The notes: generated by a model not told the origin, from the letters alone. A stretch of DNA of 64,000 bases from Octopus bimaculoides (GCF_001194135.2 NC_068981.1:105337901-105401900), one strand, 5' to 3'; shown: positions 1 through 11,600, numbered from the stretch's first letter. A program made the numbers and translations.

Positions 1-244
1 TAGATTATTTATTAGTTACAGAGCTTAAAGAGTTAAAGTGGCATACCAAAGTCACTTGAGCTGCAGACAAAAATATTTTCTCAAATGTCTCTACAAACAA
101 GCTATTACAAAGTAGCTTTGCAAAAAATACAAGTTGTAGAAATTTTTATAGCAAGCATAAAAATTGAATCCAGCTATCAGAAACTGGGCACAGAGTGCAG
201 CTTGCATATTTCTGCTGTAGATAAATTTTAATTCTACAACTTAC

Positions 245-414
245 CTAGTAGGCATAAGATGGTTATAATTGCAAACTTTGATGAATGTCTTAATCTTAGA
301 TCTCTGCTTCAGCTTCTTTTTGCTCATGCGTTTTGTCACTTTGCGGGGATGTCGGTCAATTCCTGCTACTAAAGCATGGGAATATCCTTTGTCTTGAGTA
401 CCTTCATCATAATT
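245..414 (-). CDS. RPL27: 60S ribosomal protein L27 (eL27), coding exon 2 (gene exon 3); downstream exons lie beyond the left edge
   Basis: Translates [56 protein letters not shown](R), matching eL27 [14 protein letters not shown]...YNHLMPTR. Acceptor tttcag, donor ag|gtaagt; 170 nt. Confidence 0.97.
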
Positions 415-443
415 CTGAAATAAATAAATAAAAGCACTTCAGG

Positions 444-666
444 TTAACCTTTTAGCATTCACATTCTGTCAAAAGTAAAGCTTATTTATTCACATTGTTT
501 TGAATAAATCATGCAGTATCTTGCAGCTTTGAGATTTTGATAAGGTAGTTGTCAATTTTTAGAATGACATTGTAGGGTTGGTTAGAAGCCAGGTCTGACC
601 AGCTTGAGCATAAAATGGGTAGAACATTTTGGTCAGATATAGTCAGTTTAAACACTAAAGAATTAA
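444..666. mobile_element. TTAA-flanked MITE (piggyBac-type), in RPL27 intron
   Basis: TTAA-CCTTTTAGCATT ... ACACTAAAGAA-TTAA; same family, opposite orientation, as 33177..33403. Confidence 0.6.
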
Positions 667-1777
667 ACATAAAATGGATGTCTTAGTAACTCATATCTAC
701 TCCAGTTTATAAATGTCACTGGTTTCAGTTCAGAATATACAAAGATCCCTTTTGTGGTTGATTCTTTTCTACTTTAGAAATTTTTAATATTAGAAATGAA
801 AAATTTTCAAAAGCCAAAATCTTACTAGTCTCCCAATACAAAAAGCATTCAAAATTAGAAATTGGACAAATGACAATGATCTCCAAAGTCTAACACATTG
901 GAAAACTTCTTGCTTCCAGTAAAAGCCTTCTTACAGAGCTGAAAACAAACAGTCCTGAACCAAGAAGATTGTTGATGCAGCAGCTCAACTATTTATTGCA
1001 AGAGAGTCAATACTTTATTACTATTATTCTTCTTCTTCACTCAAGAAGAGAACAGGCATATAATAATAGATAACAGAGCTTGAAACTTTGATACTGAAAT
1101 CTACCCAAATTCCAGAATTGAGTGCCATACCATAATGACAAAAGAAACTTTTGTTCAATCCCAATTTAGTATCTAATTCTGCAAAAGCTTGAAAATTCAA
1201 CAGATCACAATATTTTATATATTTTACACTTGGAAATAACAAAAAACATACGAGAACAGGGATTTCAATGTCACTAATTTCAATAAATACCAACAATCTA
1301 ATACTTGCTTAAACACAGCCAAAACTCATTGGTTAATACAGGAGCAATGAAGAACCTTCCATAATATGCTTATACCAGTCCACTTGCTTCCAGAAAGGAT
1401 GGTAACAAATCAGGTATTGTTACCAAATTCTATATTCTCCTAGAAATCAAACAGTCCCAATGAAAACTACACATCCATTGTTATAGTTACTACTAAATGG
1501 TTTTTACCTCTAAATTAACATCCAGGTATACACATTACAGAACATTAAGGTGACTGTAATCACTCAACCTAATACAAATAACAGCCCAACTCCCACTATT
1601 CCTCTCAAATAACCTACAGTTTTAGTAAAGAACATATCAGATAATGTGGTCTGGATTCTCTGCACATAGGTTGGTCAGGACAGGAGTCTTTTAAAAGTTT
1701 GATCAATGAAGGTTGATACATGACTAAATGGCAACTTAAGGAATAATAAATTAATCAACAGAACAGGTATACAATAC

Positions 1778-1858
1778 CTTAACAATGATGGCTTTCCTGC
1801 CAGCAAATCTACCGTTCAGGATCAACACCACCTTGTTGGCTTTCATAAACTTCTTCAT
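1778..1858 (-). CDS. RPL27: RPL27 first coding exon (exon begins at 1865 with 7 nt of 5'UTR)
   Basis: MKKFMKANKVVLILNGRFAGRKAIIVK, the eL27 N-terminus/KOW motif. Acceptor tttgcag, ATG in caacaATG context, donor aag|gtattg; 81 nt, phase 0, joins 245..414 in frame. Confidence 0.96.
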
Positions 1859-2629
1859 TGTTGTGCTGCAAAAAAAAAATATATATATATATATAAATAT
1901 ATATTTAAGAGTTTATTTTAATAAAAAAAGAGAAATCAAATATTTATTGCAAACAGAAACTTTACTAGCAATCCTTGAGATTAGGAATCACTTTCACTTG
2001 TCATCCCGTGGTTAATATTTTAAGAGAGATGGCCTGCAAAAAATGTTTTTTGCCCTAAGTTTGCAGGCATCTCTATCATGCTTGAATTCTTTTGCCTTGT
2101 TCAGAGGTACAGGCGTGGCTGTGTAATTAAGAAGTGCACTTCCCAACTATGTGGTTTCAGGTTCAGTCCTACTACATGCAACCTTGGTGCTTTCTGCTGT
2201 AGCTATAAGCCAACCAAAGCCTTCTGAATGTATTTGGCTAAATATGTTTCTCCTCTTCACATTACACAACTGGTATGAGTGCCACCATCATACAAGTGGT
2301 GTTGATTGCTTCCTATCTTCTATGGAAACCTGTCCAGTCACGGAGAAATAGCTTGCATAGAAACAGGTGCAAGTTTTTAAAAAAGGATATTTGGCCATAG
2401 AAAATCTGCTCCAGCAAATTGATTGACCACCCAAGTATGAAAAAGTGGATGTTAAAACTGAGGAGAGGTGCATGTTTGTAATCTCCAACATCACGAATCT
2501 GAAAAATTTTGCATTTTTCAAGAAGAGGTGCGAAACTGCATTAGCCCCGAGAATTATTAGAAAATTATACAAACTGTAGTTATATCTAGAAATAGCAAGT
2601 AGGAAGGCTATCTTAGAGTATTAGTAATA

Positions 2630-2900
2630 AACCACGTGTGTTTATTTACATTTCTGAAGAAGATCGTCGGTTTCCGTAAAATTTTTTATATTTTTTTACA
2701 TATGGGGTTGGGGGGAACGGGGATCTTTTGAAGTCGGCGTAAAAGCGAAAGAGACGTGTGTGTGTGTATGTTTGATGGGGTGTGCGAGACAGAAAGGCGG
2801 TGTGGATGTGAAGTTCATTGTTAGTATGCGTGAAGAGAGAGAGACAGCTGAAATTTAAATTTTTATTCACTTTTTGTAGTGAGTGAATGTGTAAATGAGG
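2630..2900. mobile_element. Partial copy (one arm) of the long-TIR element seen at 43850..44536
   Basis: Shares cacgtg...tgaagaagatcgtcggtttccgtaaaa...ttttgaagtcggcgtaaagcgaaa...gatggggtgtgcgagacagaaag with the 43850 element. Confidence 0.7.
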
Positions 2901-3484
2901 ACAGAGAATAAGAGAGAGAGGTATGTATGTATGAATGGCTTCAATGACACATATATACATAGCTGTACATATGCATATATACACACATATATAAACGTAA
3001 ATGTATTTGTGTGTGTGTGTGTGTACGTATATATATAGGCATACATCTATCTATAATTTGCAGTAAATAGATGAAGTTTAGCCATTACTTTATTTCAATT
3101 AATGCCAGTTTCGTTAAACAACCACACATGCGGCGGTCACTAACATGTGGCGAAGGTAAAGAATACGTACACTCGGTGGTTAGGGTTAGAGTTTTTGTTA
3201 CGCCGAAAACCGATGGTTTCCTTTACCTCTGCCTATGTTTTAACTCAATCAACAACGAAAGTGGTGGCCTAATCAAGTATTGCCAAGTTGTTTTATATTT
3301 TTCGAAGCCATATTGTTTGTTTCGTAATTTAATTTAAATGGAAAAATATATAGGTTCGCAGTTTTGAAATAGAGTTGAATTTCTCGTTTTTTAAGTGCAT
3401 ATCTATGAATTTGGGGATTGAATATTTAATTTCGCTCAGTATAAACTAGTCAAGTCTTCCTAAATCACTAATATAAAAAATTAG

Positions 3485-3578
3485 GGTAATTTTTCAGATC
3501 AACACCCGCACGATTACCTAACCCTAAACCCGTAACACCCTAGTGAAAATCGTGCGGGTGTTAATCTGAAAAATTACC
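3485..3578. repeat. 31-bp inverted repeat with a telomere-like CCCTAA loop
   Basis: Arms 3485-3515 and 3548-3578 differ at one base; 32-nt loop acctaaccctaaacccgtaacaccctagtgaa. Confidence 0.85.
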
Positions 3579-4185
3579 AATATTAGAAGCCAGTAATTAC
3601 ATATTTCTAAAGAGTCCCAATATATTTATAAGACACAGTAGCGATAACCGAGCTGGAAATACACGTCTTAATAACTAACCATGTGATAGGAAAATGGTTT
3701 GCTTCGGCTAATGTCAATTGGAAATATCAAAAATACGTTCATATATTATGAAGAGGTGAATTCCAAAGTTGTGCATATCGTAAGACGTAAATACTGCTTT
3801 AAGATAGAAGACATTCAACTTCACTACACATGTGATTCAGCCTCCATTAGAGATTATATATAGAAAATATGAACTTTTAAAATTATGACTATTTACCAAT
3901 AGAGAGGACAAATTTGCTTTCTTTTGTAAGACTTCGTGGAATTGTAATAAAAGAGAAATGTTAAAATATAATGCATATGTGATGATTGACAACATAAATG
4001 CACACGACAGAATCGTAATTCTAAAAATAATTCAACTTTAAATGAATTATAATTTTAAAAATATGAACATTAATAAAACATAAACACTTCATTTAATAAC
4101 AAAATTGCAAAACACAATTAATAATTTGCAGTAAATAGACGATTCACAATGATTTCGTTATAAGAGAAATTTTTACCGACATTAC

Positions 4186-4216
4186 CTTGCACACGGGGCA
4201 ACCGGAAAAGGAAAGA
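4186..4216 (-). promoter_or_regulatory. RPL27: RPL27 TCT initiator / 5'-TOP non-coding exon 1
   Basis: Minus strand reads gT-CTTTCCTTTTCCGGTTGCCCCGTGTGCAAG|gtaatg. This is an exact YC+1TYTYY TCT motif, a 12-nt oligopyrimidine run and a GT donor, the standard layout of ribosomal protein genes. Confidence 0.8.
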
Positions 4217-4587
4217 CTGACGAGATTTTACGTGAATGAACGTAATTTCACGAAGTTTCAATGTTGATATAAAATAACGCTGTAGATGGACGGAAAACGA
4301 AAAGTAATTTTCAATGAAATATTGCTATTAAAATTTATAGCAAAAAAATGTTATTGGTGCCATAAAAATAAAGTATTTTGCGACGAACTTATTAATTAAA
4401 AATGATTTCTTCTTTAAAGCATTTAGCATTGACTTTATAGTTAATTGTATTTCAAAACTATAGAAAACGGTGAGCTTTTTTTTTTTAAAGGGAGATTACT
4501 GTATCTTCATAATTGCACAAAAAGTAAACTACTCACTTCAGGTTAATCTGTAAGTTGCGTGTTGATAAATTGATCCAAATTTTAAAG

Positions 4588-7500
4588 ATGGGGAAGAAAA
4601 AGCAGAAGGATCAAGAAAAGGTAACGAAAAGTTATAAATTTACTAAATCTGACAATATTGATAATTCTGATGATTCAACGCCAAAGATTATACTAAATAC
4701 CAATATGGAAAAAAAATTGATTACGATGATACTTGATTGGAAAAAAAGTAAAATACTTGTAAAAGACGTCAGTGAAAGAATGACAACAAAAAGATTGACG
4801 GATGTATATACTTGTTTGGCGCGTGCCGGTTTCAAACACAACCAGATAGAGTCTGCTATGAGGAGCACACTGATATATGGCGGTGATCTTGTTGATTCTC
4901 TGGACTGGCTCTGTCTCAATATTGCAAATGACGATCTTCCTTCAGAATTTTCCGAAGCGTTAAAAAGAGAAGAAATAAAAAGGCGACCAGGATTTAAAGA
5001 AGAGCAGGTAGATAAATCGCAAATTTCTTCTGGTTATCAAGTAGTTGAAAAACCTGTCCAAAAAACAAGTGAGAATAAGGACAGCCGTTTGCCCGAGGGA
5101 GAAGGCGGAAAAAAAGACTGGGTGAAAAACTGGATTATGCAATATGCTGAAGAAGAATCTGACAGTGATTTAGAAGAAAACGCTGCACCGATAGATCCAA
5201 ATATAAAATACAAAACTTTAAGTTCTTCTTTAGATTCTACAATAGTACTCGCTGAACAAGCGAAAAAATCTGGAAACAAAGAAAAGCATAGAGAATACTC
5301 AAAAAAGATCCGGCAAATGCGGCTAGATATGGACGAATTAGCTACCCATCCAGACTTTGATCGTAAACTTGCTGGAATTTCTCTTTTAGCACCAACCAAA
5401 CCTGAACCTAAACCTTCCAAAGTACAGCCTCCGAGTTTGACCGTATCAAATGCTAGTTCAGGTACTGGAACTAATAAAGCCTTGTCTAAGGATAGCTGCA
5501 ACTCAGATGTATCAAAAAGCACACCAGTAACAGCAAGGCCAAAATCCTCCAAGAAAGCTAGTGATGAAGATCTTGCTCTTGATATGTTAGAGAATATGGC
5601 AATTGGTGATGCACCAAAACCTTTGCCTGAGAAAAAGAAAGGAGCATCACATATAGTTAGCCGTAGTTTTGAGTACACAAAACAACAATGGACTGGGAAA
5701 TCACCTAAACAATTCCTTAATGACTGGACTCGGAAAAACCTCCCTAAAAGTGACTTAGCCCATTATGAAAGAGTCCATGTGAAAAACTTTTACAAATGCA
5801 AATCTTCCATTTCCAAGAAAGATGGTTCTCAACTTACTGTTATACCAGACATCCTTTGCCCCTCTGTAAAAGAAGCTGAACATGTTGGCTCTACTCTGTT
5901 ACTCTATAATCTTTGCAGAGGACAACCAATCTATCAGTTACTTCCACCTCCTTATCGAGATTTATGGCTAGAATGGATGGAAGCAGAAAGAATTAGTAAA
6001 CTGAGAGCACAAGAAATTAATAACAAACCCAGAGATACCCTTGTTGCAAAACTGCTGAAAGAACTCAAGTTAGCCCCAACACTCTCCAAATCTAAAGCTG
6101 AAAAACCTTCAGATGAGCATAACAGTGATGACAGTGTATGTGATGACTGGTTCTTAGCAGATGTGGAAGATCCTGAAGAAATTGTAGAAAAACCCAAGGA
6201 GAAAAAAATTGTTTCGAAGCCTAGGGTTAATGAAATTAAAGACAAATTTTTGAAAAAGATAAACAGTAAGAAATATAATGAATATTTAAATCAACGGCAA
6301 TCACTACCTGTATTTGCATATAAAGAAGACATACTTGCTCAAATTGATCGCAGTAAAGTTGTTGTGATTGCTGGAGAAACTGGTAGTGGAAAAAGCACAC
6401 AAATTCCCCATTTCCTACTTAAAGATAGAATTTTGTGCGGAGAAACGTGTAATATCATTTGTACTCAACCACGTCGAATCTCTGCTGTGAGTCTTGCAAA
6501 CAGGGTTTCTCAAGAGCTAGGAGATGACCTGCCTGGTTCACCAGACTCCTTTTGTGGTTATAAAATTCGATTTGAGTCTAAATGCTGTCCTACAACTTGT
6601 TTAACTTATTGTACTACAGGTGTTGTGCTGCGTCAGTTACATTCTGATCCTAGTTTTAAAAATGTCACCCACATCTTAGTTGATGAAGTACATGAAAGAA
6701 CAGTTCAATCAGACTTTCTTTTGATTATTCTGAAAAGACTTCTTGAGTCACGTGATGACATTAAAGTTATATTAATGAGTGCAACTATTGACTGTAACCG
6801 CCTCTCTGATTACTTCAACCATTGTCCTATCATTAAAATTCCAGGCCGAACATTCCCTGTTGATATTTTCTATTTAGAAGACATCATAGAAATGAACAAT
6901 TATGTCTTGGAAGAAGATTCTCCTTATTGCATCCCAGCAGCAATGCTCCGTGATGAGCAGAAAACAAGTGTTGAAATCACTGGCACTGGAGGAACTAAGC
7001 AGAAAACAGATCTGTATTGGTCAAAGGAAGATATCATTGATACAAGTGGACTTGACAGAGACAAATATAGCAAACATACCCGACTAACTGTTACGAGAAT
7101 GAAACCTTACAAAATTAATTTGGATCTAATTCTTCATTTACTTAATTACATAGACGAACATGGGGAAATTACTGATGGTGCCATTCTGATATTTCTTCCA
7201 GGATTAGCGAATATACAAGAGCTCTATGAATTGCTCCAAAGTGATCGCAAATTTGCTAATCCCCGACGATTTAAAGTGCTTGCTCTACATTCTGTTTTGT
7301 CATCTGAAGACCAAAGCTCTGCATTTCTGTCTCCACCTAAGGGAATTCGAAAAATTGTGCTGTCTACAAACATTGCTGAAACTGGCGTTACTATTCCAGA
7401 TGTAGTGTATGTAATTGATGCTGGTAAAGTAAAAGAGAATCGATACGTTGAATCAAGTCGAATGAATGCTCTAGAAGAAGTTTTTGTTAGTAAAGCTAGT

Positions 7501-8682
7501 GCTAAACAACGGTCCGGTCGTGCTGGGCGAGTACGCAATGGCATTTGCTATCGACTTTATACCAAAGATAATTATATGAAACTTCGTGAGTTTACTGTTC
7601 CTGAGCTTCTTCGAGTTGCTCTTGAAGAACTCTGTTTACATATCATGAAATGTAACCTAAGCAAACCAGAAGAATTTCTCCAGCTTGCACTCGATCCACC
7701 TCAGCTACAATCTGTCTCTAGAGCAATGATGATTCTTGAAGAGGTTGGGGCTTGTGAAGGAGAAGTGTTAACACCACTTGGACATCATTTAGCAGCACTT
7801 CCTGTACACGTTTCCATTGGTAAAATGCTTATTTTTGGAGCAATGTTTGGTTGTCTTGAACCTGCAGCAGTCATTGCTGCTGCAGTAAGTGGAAAATCTC
7901 CATTTGTAGTTCCACTTGAAAAAAGGTCGGAGGCTAACATGGCTAAGCAGAATTTATCAACAGCTTGCTCTGATCATCTCACTATTTATAATGCTTATTC
8001 TCGATGGAAAACTGCCCGCAAAGCTGGGTTTCAAGCAGAAAATGCATTCTGCATGCAGAACTATCTTAAAAGAAAATCTCTTATTGAAATTGAAAATGTA
8101 AAGACAGATCTTATAAAGCTTATCAAATCTATTGGATTCTTAAGTCAACAAGATGAGAAACTACTGACAAATCCAAATTCTGTTGATGGAGTTCATTTAA
8201 ATCCAAAATCATGTGCTGTTATTAAAGCAGTCATTCTTGCTGGATTATATCCAAATGTGGCAAAAGTTTGTTCAGAGAAAGATCCAGATGGTACGAGTCG
8301 GATATGTGGTGCTGAGACACCTCAAGGCCATGCATTTATCCATCCTAGCTCAGTCAATCGAACATTACAGGCACAAGGCTATATGCTATACCAAGAGAAA
8401 ACCAAGCAGTCACAGGTATATCTTCGAGACTGCACATTGGTCTCTCCATTCCCCTTATTGCTTTTTGGTCACAATGTAGTTGTACAACATATTCAGCAAA
8501 CTGTAAGCGTTGACAAATGGATTGTATTTAAGTCACGAGCTCGGACTGCTGTCATCTTCAAAGAACTTCGAAACCTATTGAATGAACTTTTAAAGCAAAA
8601 ATTAGATGACCCCAAAGCTGATTTCTATCAAGATAAATCAATATTGTCAGTTATTGATTTATTACAAGCAGATATTTGCTAA
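4588..8682 (+). CDS. DHX29: ATP-dependent RNA helicase DHX29, single-exon CDS, 1364 aa
   Basis: Helicase motifs GETGSGKSTQ, DEVH, SAT, TNIAETGVTI, QRSGRAGR, then HA2/OB-fold region. DHX29-specific UBA-like segment (GGDLVDSLDWLCLN) and WTGKSPKQFL motif. ATG at 4588 gives MGKKKQK, similar to the vertebrate N-terminus. Confidence 0.95.
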   Translation: MGKKKQKDQEKVTKSYKFTKSDNIDNSDDSTPKIILNTNMEKKLITMILDWKKSKILVKDVSERMTTKRLTDVYTCLARAGFKHNQIESAMRSTLIYGGDLVDSLDWLCLNIANDDLPSEFSEALKREEIKRRPGFKEEQVDKSQISSGYQVVEKPVQKTSENKDSRLPEGEGGKKDWVKNWIMQYAEEESDSDLEENAAPIDPNIKYKTLSSSLDSTIVLAEQAKKSGNKEKHREYSKKIRQMRLDMDELATHPDFDRKLAGISLLAPTKPEPKPSKVQPPSLTVSNASSGTGTNKALSKDSCNSDVSKSTPVTARPKSSKKASDEDLALDMLENMAIGDAPKPLPEKKKGASHIVSRSFEYTKQQWTGKSPKQFLNDWTRKNLPKSDLAHYERVHVKNFYKCKSSISKKDGSQLTVIPDILCPSVKEAEHVGSTLLLYNLCRGQPIYQLLPPPYRDLWLEWMEAERISKLRAQEINNKPRDTLVAKLLKELKLAPTLSKSKAEKPSDEHNSDDSVCDDWFLADVEDPEEIVEKPKEKKIVSKPRVNEIKDKFLKKINSKKYNEYLNQRQSLPVFAYKEDILAQIDRSKVVVIAGETGSGKSTQIPHFLLKDRILCGETCNIICTQPRRISAVSLANRVSQELGDDLPGSPDSFCGYKIRFESKCCPTTCLTYCTTGVVLRQLHSDPSFKNVTHILVDEVHERTVQSDFLLIILKRLLESRDDIKVILMSATIDCNRLSDYFNHCPIIKIPGRTFPVDIFYLEDIIEMNNYVLEEDSPYCIPAAMLRDEQKTSVEITGTGGTKQKTDLYWSKEDIIDTSGLDRDKYSKHTRLTVTRMKPYKINLDLILHLLNYIDEHGEITDGAILIFLPGLANIQELYELLQSDRKFANPRRFKVLALHSVLSSEDQSSAFLSPPKGIRKIVLSTNIAETGVTIPDVVYVIDAGKVKENRYVESSRMNALEEVFVSKASAKQRSGRAGRVRNGICYRLYTKDNYMKLREFTVPELLRVALEELCLHIMKCNLSKPEEFLQLALDPPQLQSVSRAMMILEEVGACEGEVLTPLGHHLAALPVHVSIGKMLIFGAMFGCLEPAAVIAAAVSGKSPFVVPLEKRSEANMAKQNLSTACSDHLTIYNAYSRWKTARKAGFQAENAFCMQNYLKRKSLIEIENVKTDLIKLIKSIGFLSQQDEKLLTNPNSVDGVHLNPKSCAVIKAVILAGLYPNVAKVCSEKDPDGTSRICGAETPQGHAFIHPSSVNRTLQAQGYMLYQEKTKQSQVYLRDCTLVSPFPLLLFGHNVVVQHIQQTVSVDKWIVFKSRARTAVIFKELRNLLNELLKQKLDDPKADFYQDKSILSVIDLLQADIC

Positions 8683-11600
8683 ACAATAGTTCCCAGTTGC
8701 ATACTTTGAATATTTAGGAATATTTATTTATAAGTATGTTTTTTTTTTCTCATAAAATATAAAAGGAAATTTTAAATGAGATCTTAAACTGCTTTGTTAA
8801 AATAGATTCTTTTGTTATCTCTTCTGATTCGTTACTTAATCATAGAATACAAAAGTAATTTGCTAAAAGAATAAGGTAACCATCTTACAAATTGGAAAAT
8901 GAACTTATAGTGAACCACATTTGAAAATTGAGTTGTTTCTTGATATCTTTTCTTTTTTTTTTATTTTTAATTCTAATTGCTGTTCTGAAGTGATTCCATG
9001 GGAGATTATGAAAAATTAATGAAATGTATTCAGGTATTATTAATATTCAGAAGTGAAACTAACTTCATTACTTCTTTGGTGTCTGATAAATTAAGGAGCT
9101 ACAACTTATTAAGGGTCTTGTGCTAAGATTAGAAAAAAAGAACCCAATGTTCTCTAGTCAAAATATTTTAGTGAGAGACAGGGTCAGGAAATATATTAGA
9201 TAGATTTACAGAGATGAGAGTACATTGTTTCCTTCAGTCAGCAAATACAAAACTTTTCCTAAGTGAAGTATGATTAATCTATTTAAATAGAATGGACCAG
9301 CCTATATACGAAAACCAGTACTTTAGAATATATTTGTAGGTGTCTGTGTCTTGTATGTAATTGATAATCTATTATAAAAGTATTGAAGAGAAAACTTAAA
9401 AGAACAAACGAATCCTGCCTAATTTCAGCATTGTAAGGATTAAGACATGGTTGTGAGGAAAACTTATCAGATATTTAGCGAAAGTATTATTAAATTTTTA
9501 AAAACTATTGACTTGTAAATGGACTATTGTACATTACAAATGAATAAGGAATTTTAAGGCCAATACCATTACATTCTGCTTCACAGCAAGACAAAAGCAG
9601 CATCAATGGCAGAGATATTCTAGATTCAATCACTTTTTTTATCATTTATATTGGAGCTTTTTTTAATTGTTAGAAATTCTCCTTATGTCTCTTTTCTCTT
9701 TCATCTTAAGTTACCAACTCAGACAATTTAGAAATATTCACTGTTACTTGATAACTATTTCTGGTATGACTTCAATGAAAAACTATTGAATAATACTTTC
9801 TTGTCTCTCTCATCACTTGTATAAATTCATTAAAGTCTTGTATACAATTCAACTACTAACTGTAGCTGATGTGTGTGGTGTTGAAATTATATAAAAGTTA
9901 ATTCTCATTAAGATATTTATTAAAATATATCGCAAATAACTTCATTGACTGTTCTGTTATTTCAAACTCCTTATTAAATTCCATTTTCTACTATTTTGTT
10001 TTGGGTAGGGCAGTGAGCTGGCAAAATCATTAGCATGTCAGGCAAAATGGTTAGTGGCATTTCATGTCTTTACGCTCTATGTTCAAATTCTGTCAAAATC
10101 GATTTTGCCTGCCATCCTTTTGGGGTCAATAAAATAAGTACTAGTTTAGTAGTGAGTTGATGTAATCAACTTACCCCCCTTCCCTAAAATTGCTGGGCTT
10201 GTGCCAATATTTCCTTTGGGTTTTAGGGTGGTTGATTGATAGAATCATTAGTGATGAGTAAAATACTTGGCAGATTTTCTTCCAGCTCTTTACAATCTTG
10301 GCTTAAACCCTGCCTGGGGCAACTTTGCTTTTCATCCCTCCAGGGTCAAGAAAATAAACTACCAGTCCAAGTGTTGGGTTTGATGTCATCAACAAATTCC
10401 TTCCCCATAAATTGTTACCCCCTTGCCTAAATTAGAAACAAATATTTTCTGTGGGTTTTATTTTTAATGCTTTGAGTCAGGAAACATTTTACTGATAATC
10501 AAAACTATTGTATTGTTATGGTGTTTTTAACTCACATGGAAGGGTTGCATTATACACCAGTATCCCTACCATTATGAATATTAAGAAATGCTGCAATGTT
10601 ATGCAGTCAAATAATTGTGCATCTAGAATAGTCTCCACCTCTGCAATAATAATCTCCAGACAATAGAATTATGTTGAGATTTCCTCTTCTGGCAAGTACT
10701 TACTTGATAATTGACCTCCTGTAATTTTCCTTCCTACTGCAAAGTGGACCAGCACTATCTGTGTTATATTTCATATAACATCTAACTTTATATACTATTC
10801 AGTGGATGTGAGACAAATATACACTACATTAGAATTGAGATCCTAAAACCTAGGTACCATGGAAAAGTATTGGTATGGGTGCTGATGTCATGTAAAAAGC
10901 ACCTAGTACACAATAAAATGGTTTGCATTAAGAAGGGCATCCAGACTTAGAAACCAATCCAAAACAGACTATGGAACCTGATGTGGCCTGTGAGTTTACC
11001 AGTTCCTGTCAAGCCAGCATAGAAAACGGATGTTAAATGTTGATGATAATGAATAGGATACTAACTTATCACAGGTACTGTTTTGGATATGCTTGGAACC
11101 CAGTTTCCAGTTAGATAAACTGAGGGAAATATAATTTTCTTGTCTAGAAATGTAACAAATCTTCAGTAAATTGTAACATCCAGCAGAAATTAATTTAATA
11201 CTATACATATTAAGACAGAATAAGAGCAATAATCTTATTGCTCTTTGTGTATCTAACATTGTTGTTTATAATGTGTTATAGGATTTGTTAAAATTTTAAC
11301 TATTAATTTATAATTAACTTGCTGCAGAATTCTTGAACTTATAAATGTAACTTTTAATAATTTTAATATTACAAGCATTAAACTTCTGGCTCTTCATGGT
11401 CCTGGTTCAAATCACACCAAGGTCATCTTTACCTTTCATCCGTTTGGTGTTGATAAAATAGGTACCAGTTGAACACTGAGGTCAGTGAAACTGGCTAGTA
11501 CCCTCCCTCAAAATTTCAGACTTTGTGCTTATAGTAAAAACAGTATTACAAGCATTAATTAGTGAGGAGGAGAAAATCTATTCCATGTTTACTTAACAAT

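Noticed and set aside
1024-1296. 90-aa minus ORF in RPL27 intron 2
   Set aside because: Non-ATG start, no homology recognised, and the RPL27 exons join in frame without it.
1-4185. snoRNAs in RPL27 introns
   Set aside because: No paired C/D boxes with a terminal stem and no complete H/ACA double hairpin found by eye; needs a covariance search.
4555-4587. ORF-track start of the 1375-aa ORF
   Set aside because: It is a TTG upstream of the ATG at 4588; homology to DHX29 begins at MGKKK.
4632-8479. Antisense and alternative-frame ORFs inside DHX29 (e.g. 5037..5678 minus, 213 aa)
   Set aside because: Shadow ORFs of a long CDS; no recognisable motifs.
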